This document shows positions 13,887-27,456 of a stretch of DNA of 64,000 nucleotides, in pieces. The DNA is from Octopus sinensis (taxonomy: Eukaryota), in assembly GCF_006345805.1 (NCBI RefSeq), contig NC_043008.1, forward strand, positions 54,188,001 to 54,252,000. The letters run 5' to 3'. How positions within the stretch are numbered: position 1 is the stretch's first letter; every line of letters begins with the position of its first letter. A program made the position numbers and the translations under genes. The notes beneath the pieces were generated by a model. That model was not told where the DNA came from. It saw only the letters and a program-made list of their open reading frames with translations, and did not search any database.

Positions 13887-14047
13887 TGTGTGTGTGTGTG
13901 TGTGCGTGCTTGCGTGTGTATATGTATAAAATCAAAATAAGCAACAGGATATCAAGTAGTAATGCAGTACGACCGTTTCAAGCGGCTCCATTTAATTGAA
14001 CAATGCAGTCATTAGATCAATGTAAATTCAATGTCATATATATAGGT

Positions 14048-14382
14048 AAAGATCCCTTTCGGTCATGAATGACCACGGGTTTGCATATAGAAAGTTCCTC
14101 TCCAAGTACAAGTCCGGGCAAGACTGTTTATGGAAAACCAGCTGTTGCCATGCATACTAGCTTCCCTTCTCCACGCCACTGATGTTATCCAAGGAAAAGG
14201 CAAAGGCCGATACAGTTTGGCACCAGTGGCCTCGTAACTCATCTCTGCAACTGAGTGAAATGGGGCAACATGAAATAAAGTGTCTTGCTCAAGAGCTCAA
14301 CACTTAGCCCGATCCGGATATCGAAATCACTACCTCATGATTATGAGCCCGATACTCTAACCACTGAGCCATGCGCCTTCAC
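14048..14382 (-). mobile_element. SINE family C, full length
   Basis: Reverse complement matches 46413-46717 along its length. Confidence 0.85.
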
Positions 14383-14440
14383 CTTTGCACACACACACAC
14401 AAACACACACACACATACACACACACACACGCACGCACAC

Positions 14441-14673
14441 ATTTCTTTATTGCCCACAGGGGGACAAACAAGGACAGACAAAGGGATTAAGTCGATTACA
14501 TCAATTAAATAAGTACTGGTTTCGTCCCTAGTGCGTCACTGGTACTTATTTAATTGACACAGAAAGGTGATAGGCAAAGTCGACTTCGGTGGAATTTGAA
14601 CTCAGAACGAAACGGCAGACGAAATGCTGCTAAACATTTCGCTCGGCGTGCTAACGATTCTGCCAGCTCGCCA
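14441..14673 (-). mobile_element. SINE family A
   Basis: Reverse complement of the family A head, core and tail. Confidence 0.85.
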
Positions 14674-14695
14674 ACTTCACACACCACACACACAC

Positions 14696-14759
<64 letters not shown>

Positions 14760-14830
14760 TCTATATATATATATATATATTTATGTTCGTCCCTTCGTGT
14801 ATTTCACGTTATTTATTTATGTATTTATTA

Positions 14831-14871
<41 letters not shown>

Positions 14872-15083
14872 GTATAGATATATATATATATATATAATAT
14901 ATAATATATTAGAAAAAATATAATCGGAAGGTGAGGAATCAGATCGGATGGTTCATATTTATAGATATTTATTTTATATTACATTTTTACATATATATCA
15001 TATCATTCAGATCATATCATTCGGATAGCGCTTTCTCCCAATCCAGTGGGGTTATCAAATCAAATATATATATATATATATAT

Positions 15084-15158
<75 letters not shown>

Positions 15159-15654
15159 CTAAAAGCTTCAGTCCCACGGTACAAGAAGAAGTACTTGTGC
15201 ATAAAGTGCCACTTAGTGAGATCGAACCTTGAATCACTCAGGTAGCTGTGCAGTGAACGTCATTGTGCGGCAATGCCTACGAGCAAACTGTATTATGCGA
15301 CGCGTGCCTGCATTCATTTACATATAAAAATCAATAGTGATTGGTTACCAACTGTCTAACTTTCAGCTATTATTTTCATATCGTATTAGCAATGATACGA
15401 CACGATCTCAGCTTGTAGTTTGATATCGTATCAGCTAAGCTCGCTGCAATTCCATTCCTCGAGTCTAAATTATCGTTCTTAATTACAATATCCTCTAATT
15501 TACTTCAAAGGACTCTTTCCTGTATCCAACTGAATAATTTTCGACCACATACAATAAAACCTTTTGGTCATTAACAAGATTCATTGAAATTCTCACTAAA
15601 TTTGTACCATAACTGTTAATACAAACGTCTTTGTAGGTAGATGAAGGTCAAAAA

Positions 15655-15669
15655 TGATATTATTATTAC

Positions 15670-15702
<33 letters not shown>

Positions 15703-15779
15703 CATTATTATCATTATTATTATTATTATTATCATTATTATTATTATTGTTATTTTTATTATTATTATTATTATTGTTA

Positions 15780-15823
<44 letters not shown>

Positions 15824-16014
15824 GTTATTATTATTATTATTATTATTATCATATTATTATCATTATTATTATTATTATTATCATTATTATTATTATGTTA
15901 TTTTATATTATTATTATTATTGTATTGTATTATTATTATTATTATTATTATTATTTTGTTATTATTATTATATTATTATTATTATTATTATCATTATTAT
16001 TATTATTATTATTA

Positions 16015-16069
<55 letters not shown>

Positions 16070-16070
16070 T
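15655..16070. repeat. (ATT)n trinucleotide tract with variants
   Basis: Direct reading; source of the poly-I/L/Y ORFs. Confidence 0.95.
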
Positions 16071-16424
16071 ACATAAGAAAATGGACTTCAAAAGAAGCGA
16101 AATCACGTTCCAACAAAATGCTCATATCATATGCAACTCTGTTATCGCTCAGAGCCCATATTTAATTATTATTATCATTTAACACGTGAAGGTGGTGCAG
16201 TGCCGTTAGCCTTTTGTATTTGCTATATTATAAAGATAACAATCGAGCGAAGTATAATGTAGTTAATATTCAGATTTAGTTTTTTTAATGTCAACGGTTG
16301 AGAGTTCAAATGAGCTACAGGATTCACTGGCGTACTCTTTATAGAGTCTGGGGCAGTCTTGAGCAAATTGCGGCCCGCTAGACTTTCTGAGAGGCAACCA
16401 ACGAAAAATTGATTTGAATTATTG

Positions 16425-16770
16425 ATGGTGGTGTGTTTACGTCCCCGTAACTTAGCGGTTCGGCAAAGGAGACCGATAGAATAAGTACTAGGCTTACAAA
16501 GAATAATTCCTGGTGTCGATTTGATCGACTAAAAGGCGGTGCTCCAGCATGGCCACAGTCAAATAACTGAAACAAGTAAACGATTAAAGAGTATATATAA
16601 TACATATGAACGACGGGCTTCTACACGCTTTCCATGTACGAAACAAACATAGATAGTCATCAGAGCATTGATCGGCCCCGGGCCCAACATACCGTGCGGT
16701 GGAACTCCACCCGGAACCATGTATGTGGTTGCAAAGGGAGCTTCTTAACCACACAGCCAATGCCTGCGTC
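16425..16770. mobile_element. SINE family B 3' half (+, 16425-16590) next to a family B 5' half (-, 16610-16770)
   Basis: Matches to both halves of family B in opposite orientations. Confidence 0.7.
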
Positions 16771-17004
16771 TGTGTTGGACACTTGAAGAGGAATAAATAT
16801 AACAAAAAAAAATGGGAAAATGAAAAACAAGAGAAAAGAAAAAAAAACTGATCCCAGTCAGGGTCTTTAGCAAGTCTGAAGGTTATATTTATCCATCTAA
16901 GACATTCTCACCTTAAAGATGTCCTTGTAAAGTGATTAACAATGCGCTGTTTAACAAGCAACCTGAAAGTACAGAAGAAAAATCAAAAGGAACAAAACAC
17001 ACCA

Positions 17005-17009
17005 CTTCC

Positions 17010-17040
<31 letters not shown>

Positions 17041-17051
17041 GTCTATCTATC

Positions 17052-17095
<44 letters not shown>

Positions 17096-17100
17096 ATCTG

Positions 17101-17137
<37 letters not shown>

Positions 17138-17330
17138 GTATCTATCTATTTATTTATCTATCTGTCTGTCTGCCTATCTGTCTATCTAACTATCTATCTA
17201 TCTATTTATCTATTTATCTATCTATCTATTTATCTATCTCTCTATCTATTTATTTGTCTATCTATCTGTTTATCTATCTACCTATTTATTTCACTATCTA
17301 TCTATCTATCTGTCTATTTATCTATCTATT
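17005..17330. repeat. (TATC)n microsatellite
   Basis: Direct reading. Confidence 0.95.
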
Positions 17331-17849
17331 TGACCCCTTCCTCTTCCGCTTTTCCTTATATTCTGTGCTTTGGGAATTGGGGGGTAAAGTAGACTTATCT
17401 TGTGCAAACTTGTGACAGACACTTGCTATTTACGAAGCCTTAAGGCAAAACCACCCACACTCACTGCTCACCATACTGCGGTTATATGTGTGCATGTAAG
17501 AATGTCTGTCGGCGTGTGAGTGTGTGCGCATGTGTGCTTGTATGTGTGTGTGGTGGTGCGTGTGTGTAGTGCGTGTGTGTGATGATGAGACAATGTGCAA
17601 GAGTGTGTATATTCATTGTTTGTTTCTTTTAGTGTGAAGACATGTATGCATGTATGCAAGCTTGTATGTATATATACACATATACATACACAAATGCCTC
17701 TATCTGTGTACATATATATCTATATATATAGAGAGAGAGAGATACATATATACATATATGTATATACATATATGTATATACATATACGTATGTATACACA
17801 TACAAACATATATATATATATAATATATATATATAATATATATATATAT

Positions 17850-17880
<31 letters not shown>

Positions 17881-17928
17881 TACAGAAGGACATACATACA
17901 GACAGACAGACAGACAGACAGACAGACT

Positions 17929-18032
<104 letters not shown>

Positions 18033-18639
18033 TATGTGTGTGTTTGTATGTGGAAACATGCATATGTGTATACATACGTATATATATATATATATATATA
18101 TATGGGTGAAAGCAATATTGTGATAATGTCAAATGTGTATGTGTGTGGTTATGTGTTAAATTATATTTGTTTGGGCTTCGTTACTATGAGTCAGTGTGTG
18201 TGTGTATGTGTGTACATGCGTGTACGTGCGTGTACGTGCGCTCGGGATGTGTATACGTTTCCTAAGTGGAGTGTGTTTGCTTGAGTGGATGGATGTGTAT
18301 GCGTGTGAGACCATTTGATGTCGCCGTATGCGCGTACGGGTTGCTTGAGGGTGGCATTGATATCGCTTTACTTAGGTCAACACTCATCATTATCATCATT
18401 ATTAAATTGTGCTTGTGAACGTGACCATCACGTTTCTGGCGTCCAACTGGGAGTACATTAGCTAATGTGTCCTTCGCATTTTTTAGACTATAGCATGTAA
18501 TGTGAGGGAGATTTGGATCGTGTAGTAATGTGTGCGCTCGTGTGAGTAATTGTACGGGTATGTATCCAATGTGTGTTTCCTTTTTGGTGTAAAATACAAG
18601 ATGGCGTCCAATCATTGTCGTTCACTTTGCTATCTCTCT

Positions 18640-18825
18640 CTTTTACTCTTTTTAACTCTTTTACTTGTTTCAGTTATTTGACTGCGGCCATGCTGGAGTA
18701 CCGCCTTTAGTCGAGCAAATCGACCCCAGGACTTATTCTTTGTAAGCCTAGTACTTATTGTATCGGTCTCTTTCGGTTGTCAAGCGATGTTGGGGGGGGG
18801 GACAAGCACAGACACACAAACATAT

Positions 18826-18861
<36 letters not shown>

Positions 18862-18968
18862 CGGGCTATATTAGAAGACACTTGCCCAAGGTGCCACGCA
18901 GTGGGACTAAATGGGGAACCATGTGGTTGGTAAGCAAGTTACTTACCACACAGCCACTCCTGCGCCTA
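18640..18968 (-). mobile_element. SINE family B, internally deleted
   Basis: Head revcomp AGGCGCAGGAGTGGCTGTGTGGTAAG; tail shared with the family. Confidence 0.85.
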
Positions 18969-19009
18969 TATATATATTATCATGTCATTTCCTTACTGAA
19001 ATAGCTAAG

Positions 19010-19225
19010 GTTGCTCGTGGTAAAGATGATACGGTAGGATCAAAGATTACATGCCTTGAAACCATATGTAAGTCAATGTTTTAGATCCGAAAAGACACTG
19101 TGAACTACACTAACGAGTTTCTCAACAGCCTGGACTGGTTCTTTAGGTGAGACTCCAGGAGAGCTATTTCACGTTCTCATACAATTATTCTTTGCAAGAA
19201 CTTAGATGCTCCACCTTCGTGCATA
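19010..19225 (+). mobile_element. Helitron PIF1-like helicase remnant
   Basis: DTVNYTNEFLNSLD...TPGELFHVLI...IILCKNLDAP resembles the Helitron helicase motif DxVNYPTEFLNSLxxPGxPPHxLxLKxGxPIxLLRNL; indels present. Confidence 0.6.
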
Positions 19226-19267
19226 GTTTGCTATGTCTAGCACCACCCTACATAACTGTTAGTTAGA

Positions 19268-19400
<133 letters not shown>

Positions 19401-19600
19401 GGAGGATTGATGAATGAATGGATGGATGGATGGATGGATGGATGGAGGGAGGGAGGGATGGATGGAGGGATGGATGGATACAGAGGCATATATGCATTTT
19501 ATACATATAACTACATTGTCATATATACAGCAATCTATAACTCTCTTTCACTTTCTTTCTCTTTCTCTCTTTCTCTCTTTCTCTCTATCTCGCTCTGTCT

Positions 19601-19632
<32 letters not shown>

Positions 19633-20339
19633 TACTATATATATATATATTATATATATTTATTTATATTATATGTATATATTTCTTAATGTTTGCTTTA
19701 ATGTCAAGTTATGTATATAAGCAATTGGACATTAAACCGAAGGATTACCCAATACTTTTTAGTAAAGTACATATTTATTTAATTTTACAAGGGAAAAATC
19801 GACAGTGACTTTGAAGTTTCGGTTGGCTCGCCGTCAGCATTACCAAGAGATGAAAAAAAAAGGTTCATTATTACATAATTTTATCTGTCCACTAATGTTT
19901 AGTCATCATCCATTTGCTTTGTCGTTTGTAATGCAAAATGGCTACTTTGGTTGTAGAAGGAAACCATATTCGATAGTAAAGTCATAATAGCAGCTTCTGT
20001 GACGCAAACGAACATGCTTTTCAGTTATTTTCAAACTCAAAAAATAAAGGAAAAATAGAGAACAGCTAAGAATATAATTAATCAAACGGAGTTAGTAGCT
20101 GCACAATAAAAAGCGCAAGAAATAAAAAGTCGAAAACATCAATTTTAATGGGAACGCAGACGACACAAAATGTACAAACGACAATGGCAATGGCGACTGG
20201 ACTAAATTTCATCTTTTGCAAACGTTGTGGATTATAAAAAGCTTATCAATATGAGTTAGTCTAAAGAAAAAGCGATGTTTCAACAAAAAAAAAACAGTGG
20301 TTCAATGTATATGTACTCATTTTTTTTCCTTTATTAAGC

Positions 20340-20600
20340 CTGACACTTATTGTATCGTTCTCCTGAGGCAGAACAGCTAAGTTATGGAGATATAAACAAA
20401 CCAACACCGATTGTCGAGCAGTGGTGGTGAACAAATACCTACACAAACTCACACACCCGTCAATCAAATTAACTCACAAGGCTTTGGTCGGCCCGAGGAT
20501 CTTAATAGAAGACACTTACTTAAGGTGCCACGCTGTGGGACTGAACTCGGAACCGTGTGGTTGGAAAACAAACCTCTTACCACACAGCGTCACCTGCGCC
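20340..20600 (-). mobile_element. SINE family B, diverged
   Basis: Family match. Confidence 0.75.
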
Positions 20601-20779
20601 TAATCTGTGGACATTAATCTGAAACAATTAGCCATTATTCAAAGCAAATGAGGACAGTGGGTTGTCAGAATTGTTAGAACATCGAATAAAATACCTTGCA
20701 CTATGAGTTTCAACTTCTTAAGTTCTGGGTTCAAATCATGCTGAAACCAAATAGTACTTATGGGAGGGTACTAGTACTT

Positions 20780-21200
20780 AGGCGTAGGAGTGGTTGTGTG
20801 GTAAGTAGCTTGCTTGCAAACCATATGGTTCCGGGTTCAGTCCTACTATAGCCTCGGGCTGACCAAAGCCTTGTGAGTGAATTTGGTAGACGGAAACTGA
20901 AAGAAGCCCGTCGTATATATGTATGTATGTATATGTATGTATGTATGTATACATGTATGTATGTATGTATGTATGCATGTATGTATGTGTGTATGTGTGT
21001 CTGTGTTTGTCCCCCCAACATCACTTGACAACCTATGCTGGTGTGTTTACGTCCTCGTAACATAGCGATTCGGCAAAAGAGAACGATAGAATAAGTACTA
21101 GGCTTATAAAGAATAAGTCCTGGGGTCGATTTGCTCGACTAAAGGCATTGCTCCGGCATGGCCACAGTCAAATGACTGAAACAAGTAAAAGAGTAAAAGA
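20780..21200 (+). mobile_element. SINE family B with a (TATG)n interior
   Basis: Starts AGGCGTAGGAGTGGTTGTGTGGTAAG; ends AAACAAGTAAAAGAGTAAAAGAG. Confidence 0.85.
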
Positions 21201-21699
21201 GTAACATATTCTCCTCTCTTATGGCAGCGGTCCTTCAGTTTTTCTAAGCCCTGTAAAAGAACTCGGAAGTGTGGGCTTCCAACCTGGCCTTTCTCCATAC
21301 CCTTAAAGTGAGGAACTTTTCAGCACCACCTCTTATTTTATCGACCCCGGAAGTATGAAAGATAAAGTCGACCTCAGTGAAATTTGAACCAAGAACGTAA
21401 AGAACCGGAAGAAATGCGAAGAAATGCCGCTAAGCATTTCGATGAAAAGTGATGAAAGGAGTTGTTAGAAAACGATAAAAGTTCATTTAAACTGATACAG
21501 GAATGGTTGCAAATGGCTACATGGGTGAAGGCAATATTATTGTAAAGTCCACATATGTGTACAAGATTGGTTGGTTGTACTATTCCATTCAATCCCTAAA
21601 GCTATGCTTTTTTTCATCATTACTCAAACCTTTTATTTGTCAAATGACCTTTGTATGTTTTAATTTCTGTATACAATATAATGCCTGTGCCGCCACCAT

Positions 21700-21738
21700 C
21701 AACTACCACCATCACCACCACCACTATGCTATCTACTT

Positions 21739-21780
<42 letters not shown>

Positions 21781-21892
21781 TCCCCATCTCTAACTGTACA
21801 TACTACTACTACTACTACTACTACTACTGCTACTACTACAACTACTACTACTACTACTACAACTTCTACTACTACTACTACTACTACTACTA
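21700..21892. repeat. (CCA)n/(CTA)n trinucleotide tract
   Basis: Direct reading. Confidence 0.95.
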
Positions 21893-22608
21893 CCGCGGAC
21901 AAACAGAAACATCAATAAAACAGTAATGTTATATCTTGTGTTAATTCTTTTAATTCTTTCGTTTATTTTCTTTTATTTCTTGGTCTTCAATTTCCTGGAG
22001 TTTATTTTCTGAGAAATAAAAATTCATTGACTGCGAAAACGTAAATCAATTAAAAAGATAATTAAAAAAAAAAGGTGGGGGTCATAGACTATATTTTTTT
22101 CTATATAGATTTGTAATAACAATTATAAGTATTTCTACTTTTCTAGTAACTAACTTCTTCCATGGAACGCTTCTCTGGAACGTTTCCAAACGACGCATGC
22201 TCTATGCTCTATCAATCTGATTCATTAAAACTTTCTAATTTAAAGCAAACGTAATACGGCGAAAGAGGAGAAAAATAAACAAGTGAGTATTTTGATATTA
22301 GTGTTACGGTTGTTTATTTACGTTTTACCCTTGAGGGCCGAGGAATGACGATAAAACAAACAGTGGGAGACTTCTTAGAGCTAGTTCTACACTTATTAGC
22401 CTCATACAAACAATTTGCTCTACAGTTATTTCTGACAATCGTTAAAAGCCGGATCGATAGCCACCAATAAAGAGGTATGCTGATGTGTTGGTATGTTGGT
22501 ATATTTAGAACAGGGCGATCTATATGCGATACATACATACATACATACATACATATGTGCGTACATACGTGCGTACGTGCGTTCGCACATATATACATAA
22601 ATCCGTAC

Positions 22609-22675
<67 letters not shown>

Positions 22676-23060
22676 TAGATAGATAGATATTGCAATAAGA
22701 AAATGGAGGGGATCAGTAGGTGGTTCATCAACTTTTAGACATTATATTATGTTAAATTATTTATTTATTTACTAAACTGTTAATTACAATAATATACATA
22801 CATGTATAACATATTATGTTTTACATATAAGATATAAAATATATCAACATTTAAGGATACCAGTAATTATTATAAAATAACATACATGAATATAAATTAG
22901 GAGGATAACAGCTGTTTCAGCCAAGAGGTAAAAATACCTCATCCTACTTTTATTACTCAAGTAGACTGAAGTAATTATTAATATATAATATAATATAATA
23001 CATATGTATATACTCATATATATTTATACATATACATATATATACATATATACAATTACA

Positions 23061-23107
<47 letters not shown>

Positions 23108-23325
23108 AGTGTGCGGTAGAAGTAACACCCTTTTGTATCTGAGTTTTCTAGTTTTTAATTGAGTTTCTTTTTATTTCCTAAAACTTATGCGATTTTTTTT
23201 TGTATTAGTTTATTATTCATTTCTTTAAGTAATGCAATAAATTTATGTTCAATAAAAAAATGATTTAATAAACATTCATATACTATAAAAGTTATTAAAT
23301 GCAAAAAGAGCGTTACTTCTGCCCC

Positions 23326-23387
<62 letters not shown>

Positions 23388-23389
<2 letters not shown>

Positions 23390-24050
23390 AGAAGAATTCA
23401 CAAGAAAACAAAAGACGAAGGCAAGTGGTGTAGACAACAAACAGATGTATTAGTTTAACGCTCGGGAAGTGAAGAAGTCTTTAACGTTTCGACTCTACAC
23501 TCTTCCACAGAAAGGAACACAGAAAGAAACAAGGAGAGAAAATAAGAACGTGTAGTGACTAGTGATCTATCATGGCGAATGCTGGACAGAGAGGTCACAA
23601 AGGAGAGCTAGGAAGAAGGGAAGATAATAAAGTAGTGGTGATCCCAAAACGAAGGTGCTCGTGCGTGTGTATAAGAGTAATAGTAAGACAACAAGAGAAA
23701 GAAAGAGACTTCGATATTATGTAAATAGAGAAATTTATCTGTAATATAATATGTGACAATTATTCGGCTGCCATAATAAAACTCCGAGTTTTGGATATCG
23801 GCATCTCTTCAGTTATCGAGACAATCAAAATCCGAAATCTCCAGGTCCAAATTCTTGAACGGCAAACTCCATCGTTGGAATCTAGACAACAAAAACCAAA
23901 TTCACATTTTGAACTTGAGAAGCCTTTCATAAATGTTACTGTTCCGCTTCCAGAGTGTATTTGTAATGTACATACTAAAAGGCTGGTTTCTTCTTTAAAA
24001 TCCCATCTTATCCAGATTGTCATACACGCACGTATGATATTCGTATATGA
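23388..24050 (-). mobile_element. Penelope-type pseudo-LTR-like element (family P2) abutting (TA)n, with two hammerhead-like motifs
   Basis: 23388-23580 is homologous to 52260-52476; motifs at 23477-23515 and 23775-23817; no ORF recognised; the 24050 boundary is approximate. Confidence 0.6.
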
Positions 24051-24764
24051 ACATATATATAGATAGGCTGATGTTATTGAATAAAGATTTCTTATTTTCC
24101 TTTCTCAGTAAACTGGCATGAAACAAGCATCTGAGCAATTCTATTTCCCTGTTGTTATACTTCTAATAGTATTAGCATTTCCTGATTTCAATATTACATA
24201 TAAATAAATCCATAAGTATTCGACTTCACGGTTCATTATGAAATTATAGTACTTACTATTCCCTAAATACATTTATACATTTTTTGTACGTTTGTTAATA
24301 CATTAAGTTAATGGAAACGTGCATAGTACTGGACAAAAGTACAAGTGCTCAATTCTGAACGTATCTAGTTATTGTAATTATATCAGTAAATAAGTACATT
24401 GGTGTGCGAAATCATTTATTGCATGAATTTATAAATTAATGTCTACGCGTTGTCGTTTATCAATATTCTGTGTTGGCATAGAATCTCCAACAATGATATT
24501 GATTTTACGAATATACATTCATACATTCAAATGTGAGTGTGTGTGCGCGCGAGCGTGCATGTGTGTGTATGTATGCATTTTTGCATGTACATATATATAT
24601 ACACATACATATACATATATATACATATGCAAACGTACATACGTACGTACATATATATATATATGAGTGTGTGTGTATGTATATGTATATATATATATAT
24701 ATTTGTATGTATATATATATGTATATATACACATATACATATATATACATACATATATACATAT

Positions 24765-24821
<57 letters not shown>

Positions 24822-25115
24822 TACATATAAATATATACATATACATACACACATATATAGATACATATACACACACTCACACACACACATGGAAATTTAT
24901 ATGCGTTTTGATTTTTAAACGTGACGAAAATCTTACTCTGTACATACCGTACAGTTTATCAAAACCTAAAGTTTCCCACTGACACTACTCTGAGTTTCCT
25001 GTGTCACAGTCGTTGTAAAACTGGAAGCGAGAAACGCAGAGTAGCTGCAAAGGGAAGTTTCAGTTCCAAGTGAATATGAGGAAATAAATTCCTCTCTACA
25101 GGGAAAGAACTTTAC

Positions 25116-25256
25116 CTTCACAAGAAAGTGGTCCACTGGGTTGCCTTCTTGTTTGACAGTAGGAATTACATAAGAGTCACAACCAATGGTTTCAAAGAGA
25201 GTTTCATTCTGCATATGTATTTCTCGAGGTTCAATGACAATCTCCTCCTGTCTTAT
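25116..25256 (-). CDS. Candidate exon (IRQEEIVIEPREIHMQNETLFETIGCDSYVIPTVKQEGNPVDHFLVK), product unknown
   Basis: Acceptor AATCTTCAG, donor AAG|GTAAAG, 141 nt phase 0/0, complex sequence; not recognised. Confidence 0.35.
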
Positions 25257-25464
25257 CTGAAGATTTAAGCACCAGGGAAACGACCTGTTTAGCAACATCT
25301 GAAGTATATTGAACAAGAAGCCCCTCTTTATTTGCCTGGAGATCATTTGTCTACTGTATCTGAGTAACTACATATTTTGAAAGTGTTCTTCGTATTTCTC
25401 AACCACAAGTCTGAGATTTCGTATTGTTGCCAACAGAGTTCCTTTATTAACTAGTCTAGGTCAT

Positions 25465-25878
25465 TACTCTTTTATTCTTTTACTCTTTTACTTGTTTCAG
25501 TTATCTGACTGCAGCCATGCTGGAGCATAGCCTTTAGTCGAGCAAATCGACCGCAGGACTTATTCTTTGTAAGCCTAGTACTTATTCCATCGGTCTCTGC
25601 TGAGCCGCTAAGTTACGGGGACGTAAACACACCAGCATCGGTTGTCAAGCGATATTGGGTGGGGTGGAACAAACACAGACACATATATATATATATATAC
25701 GTATACATATATACGACGGGCTTCTTTCAGTTTCCGTCTACCAAATCCACTCACAAGGCTTTGGTCGGCCCGAGGCTATAATAGAAGACACTTGCCCAAG
25801 GTGCCACGCAATGGGACTGAACTCGGAACCATGTAGTTGGTAAGCAAGCTACTTACCACACAGCCACTCCTACGCCTA
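25465..25878 (-). mobile_element. SINE family B, full length
   Basis: Family match end to end. Confidence 0.9.
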
Positions 25879-26199
25879 TTTATAGAACATTTTCATAATT
25901 TTACTAACTTAAACAACTTTTTATCTTAAGTTCTAACAATTCGATGGTAATTCTAAAGAAAACAAAGAACTACTCTTATATGTTGCGCTAGAGTAGTCCC
26001 CTATTCAGCTGATGATATTCAATTTCGCCTACAAAACATTGCTGATATCTTTCAGTCATCCAAATACTTTTTCTATCACATGTTTTCAAGTGAAAAATAG
26101 AAACAAACTTTACGCATCATCTGAATTAAATATTCTATCGGATTAGGATGACAGCTTTCATGTGTGGTTGCTGAGCATAAAGCATCAGCTTAATAAATA

Positions 26200-26609
26200 A
26201 CTAGCAGTATAGCCCGGCGTTGCTCGGATTTGTTTTCTTTTCGACCCTTTAGAATTGGAATTTTTGAAAAGCAAAAATTTTGCATTATGTAGCTTGTTAT
26301 TCTCTTTAAGTGAACATTTTTCTGGTTGAAATACACCGAAAAATAGCGACACAGCAGTCAAAAAATCGTAAGAAATAGGGATTTTCATAGAAAAAAATCA
26401 CCCTTTTGATGTAAATAATTTTCAGTCTTAACATGATCCGATTTGAATTCTGTCTTCAACAGAATGAAGAGCAAGCCTTTTTCTGTCATACTGTCAATTT
26501 TGGTCAACTTGCGCCGCAGGGTCTCGGAGAAGATAGTGTTATTTGAAGGCTACCAAACCTGCCACACACACACACACACACAGACAACTTCAGCTTTATA
26601 TATAAAGAT
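26200..26609 (+). mobile_element. Non-autonomous Helitron/Helentron-like (HINE/Lep1-type) element, copy 1
   Basis: 5' ACTAGCAGTATAGCCCGGCGTTGCTCGG, (CA)n near the 3' end, 3' CAGCTTTATATATAAAGAT; homologous to 54246-54640. Confidence 0.7.
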
Positions 26610-27094
26610 TTACTTCCATCTATGCGTAGTTACATCGGGATTGAAAGCACGAAGCTTTGCTTTACTGGCGCTACCCTCGTTGTTATGATATCTCAAATAC
26701 CTCTGACAAGGTATATAATGACAAACGGAAAATAAACATTGCGAAACGTTGTGTTTTTCACAAAATAAATAGAAAATATGAGGTCAACACCCTGAAAACG
26801 TTTTTTGTTTTCTTTAATTCATAGTATTGTATTTCTAAACATCTAGACATGTCATCTCCGAATGAGTTAGGCTTCACAGACAATCTTAAATTATCCAAGC
26901 ATCTGTTCTTACCAAACACGTAACTAATGATCAATGTGATTTAGAAATTCGACTGCAAAAGTTAAAGAAATATACTTCATTACTACAACTGCCGTATTAC
27001 CTATGCATGTGCAACACTCTCCCGCCGGCTAATCATGCGCTTATAACAAAGAGCAACACAATTATATACTACATCAGATATATGTGGGTGGGTA

Positions 27095-27157
<63 letters not shown>

Positions 27158-27286
27158 ATATGTATATATATTATATATATATGTATATATATGTATGTAT
27201 GTATATATTATATATATATTAAAATTTTATGTATTGATTAAGTCTTTCCTTGTTTGTTTTGCAAAATAGTGGTTTTGTCTCGAATA

Positions 27287-27369
<83 letters not shown>

Positions 27370-27393
27370 TATATATATATATGTATATATATG

Positions 27394-27456
<63 letters not shown>

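Noticed and set aside
18262-18615. 117-aa minus-strand ORF in unique sequence
   Set aside because: No homology recalled and no convincing splice boundaries
22330-22480. Exon-like island with a plus-strand acceptor and GTATGC donor
   Set aside because: Stops in all three plus frames before the donor; the minus frame is unsupported
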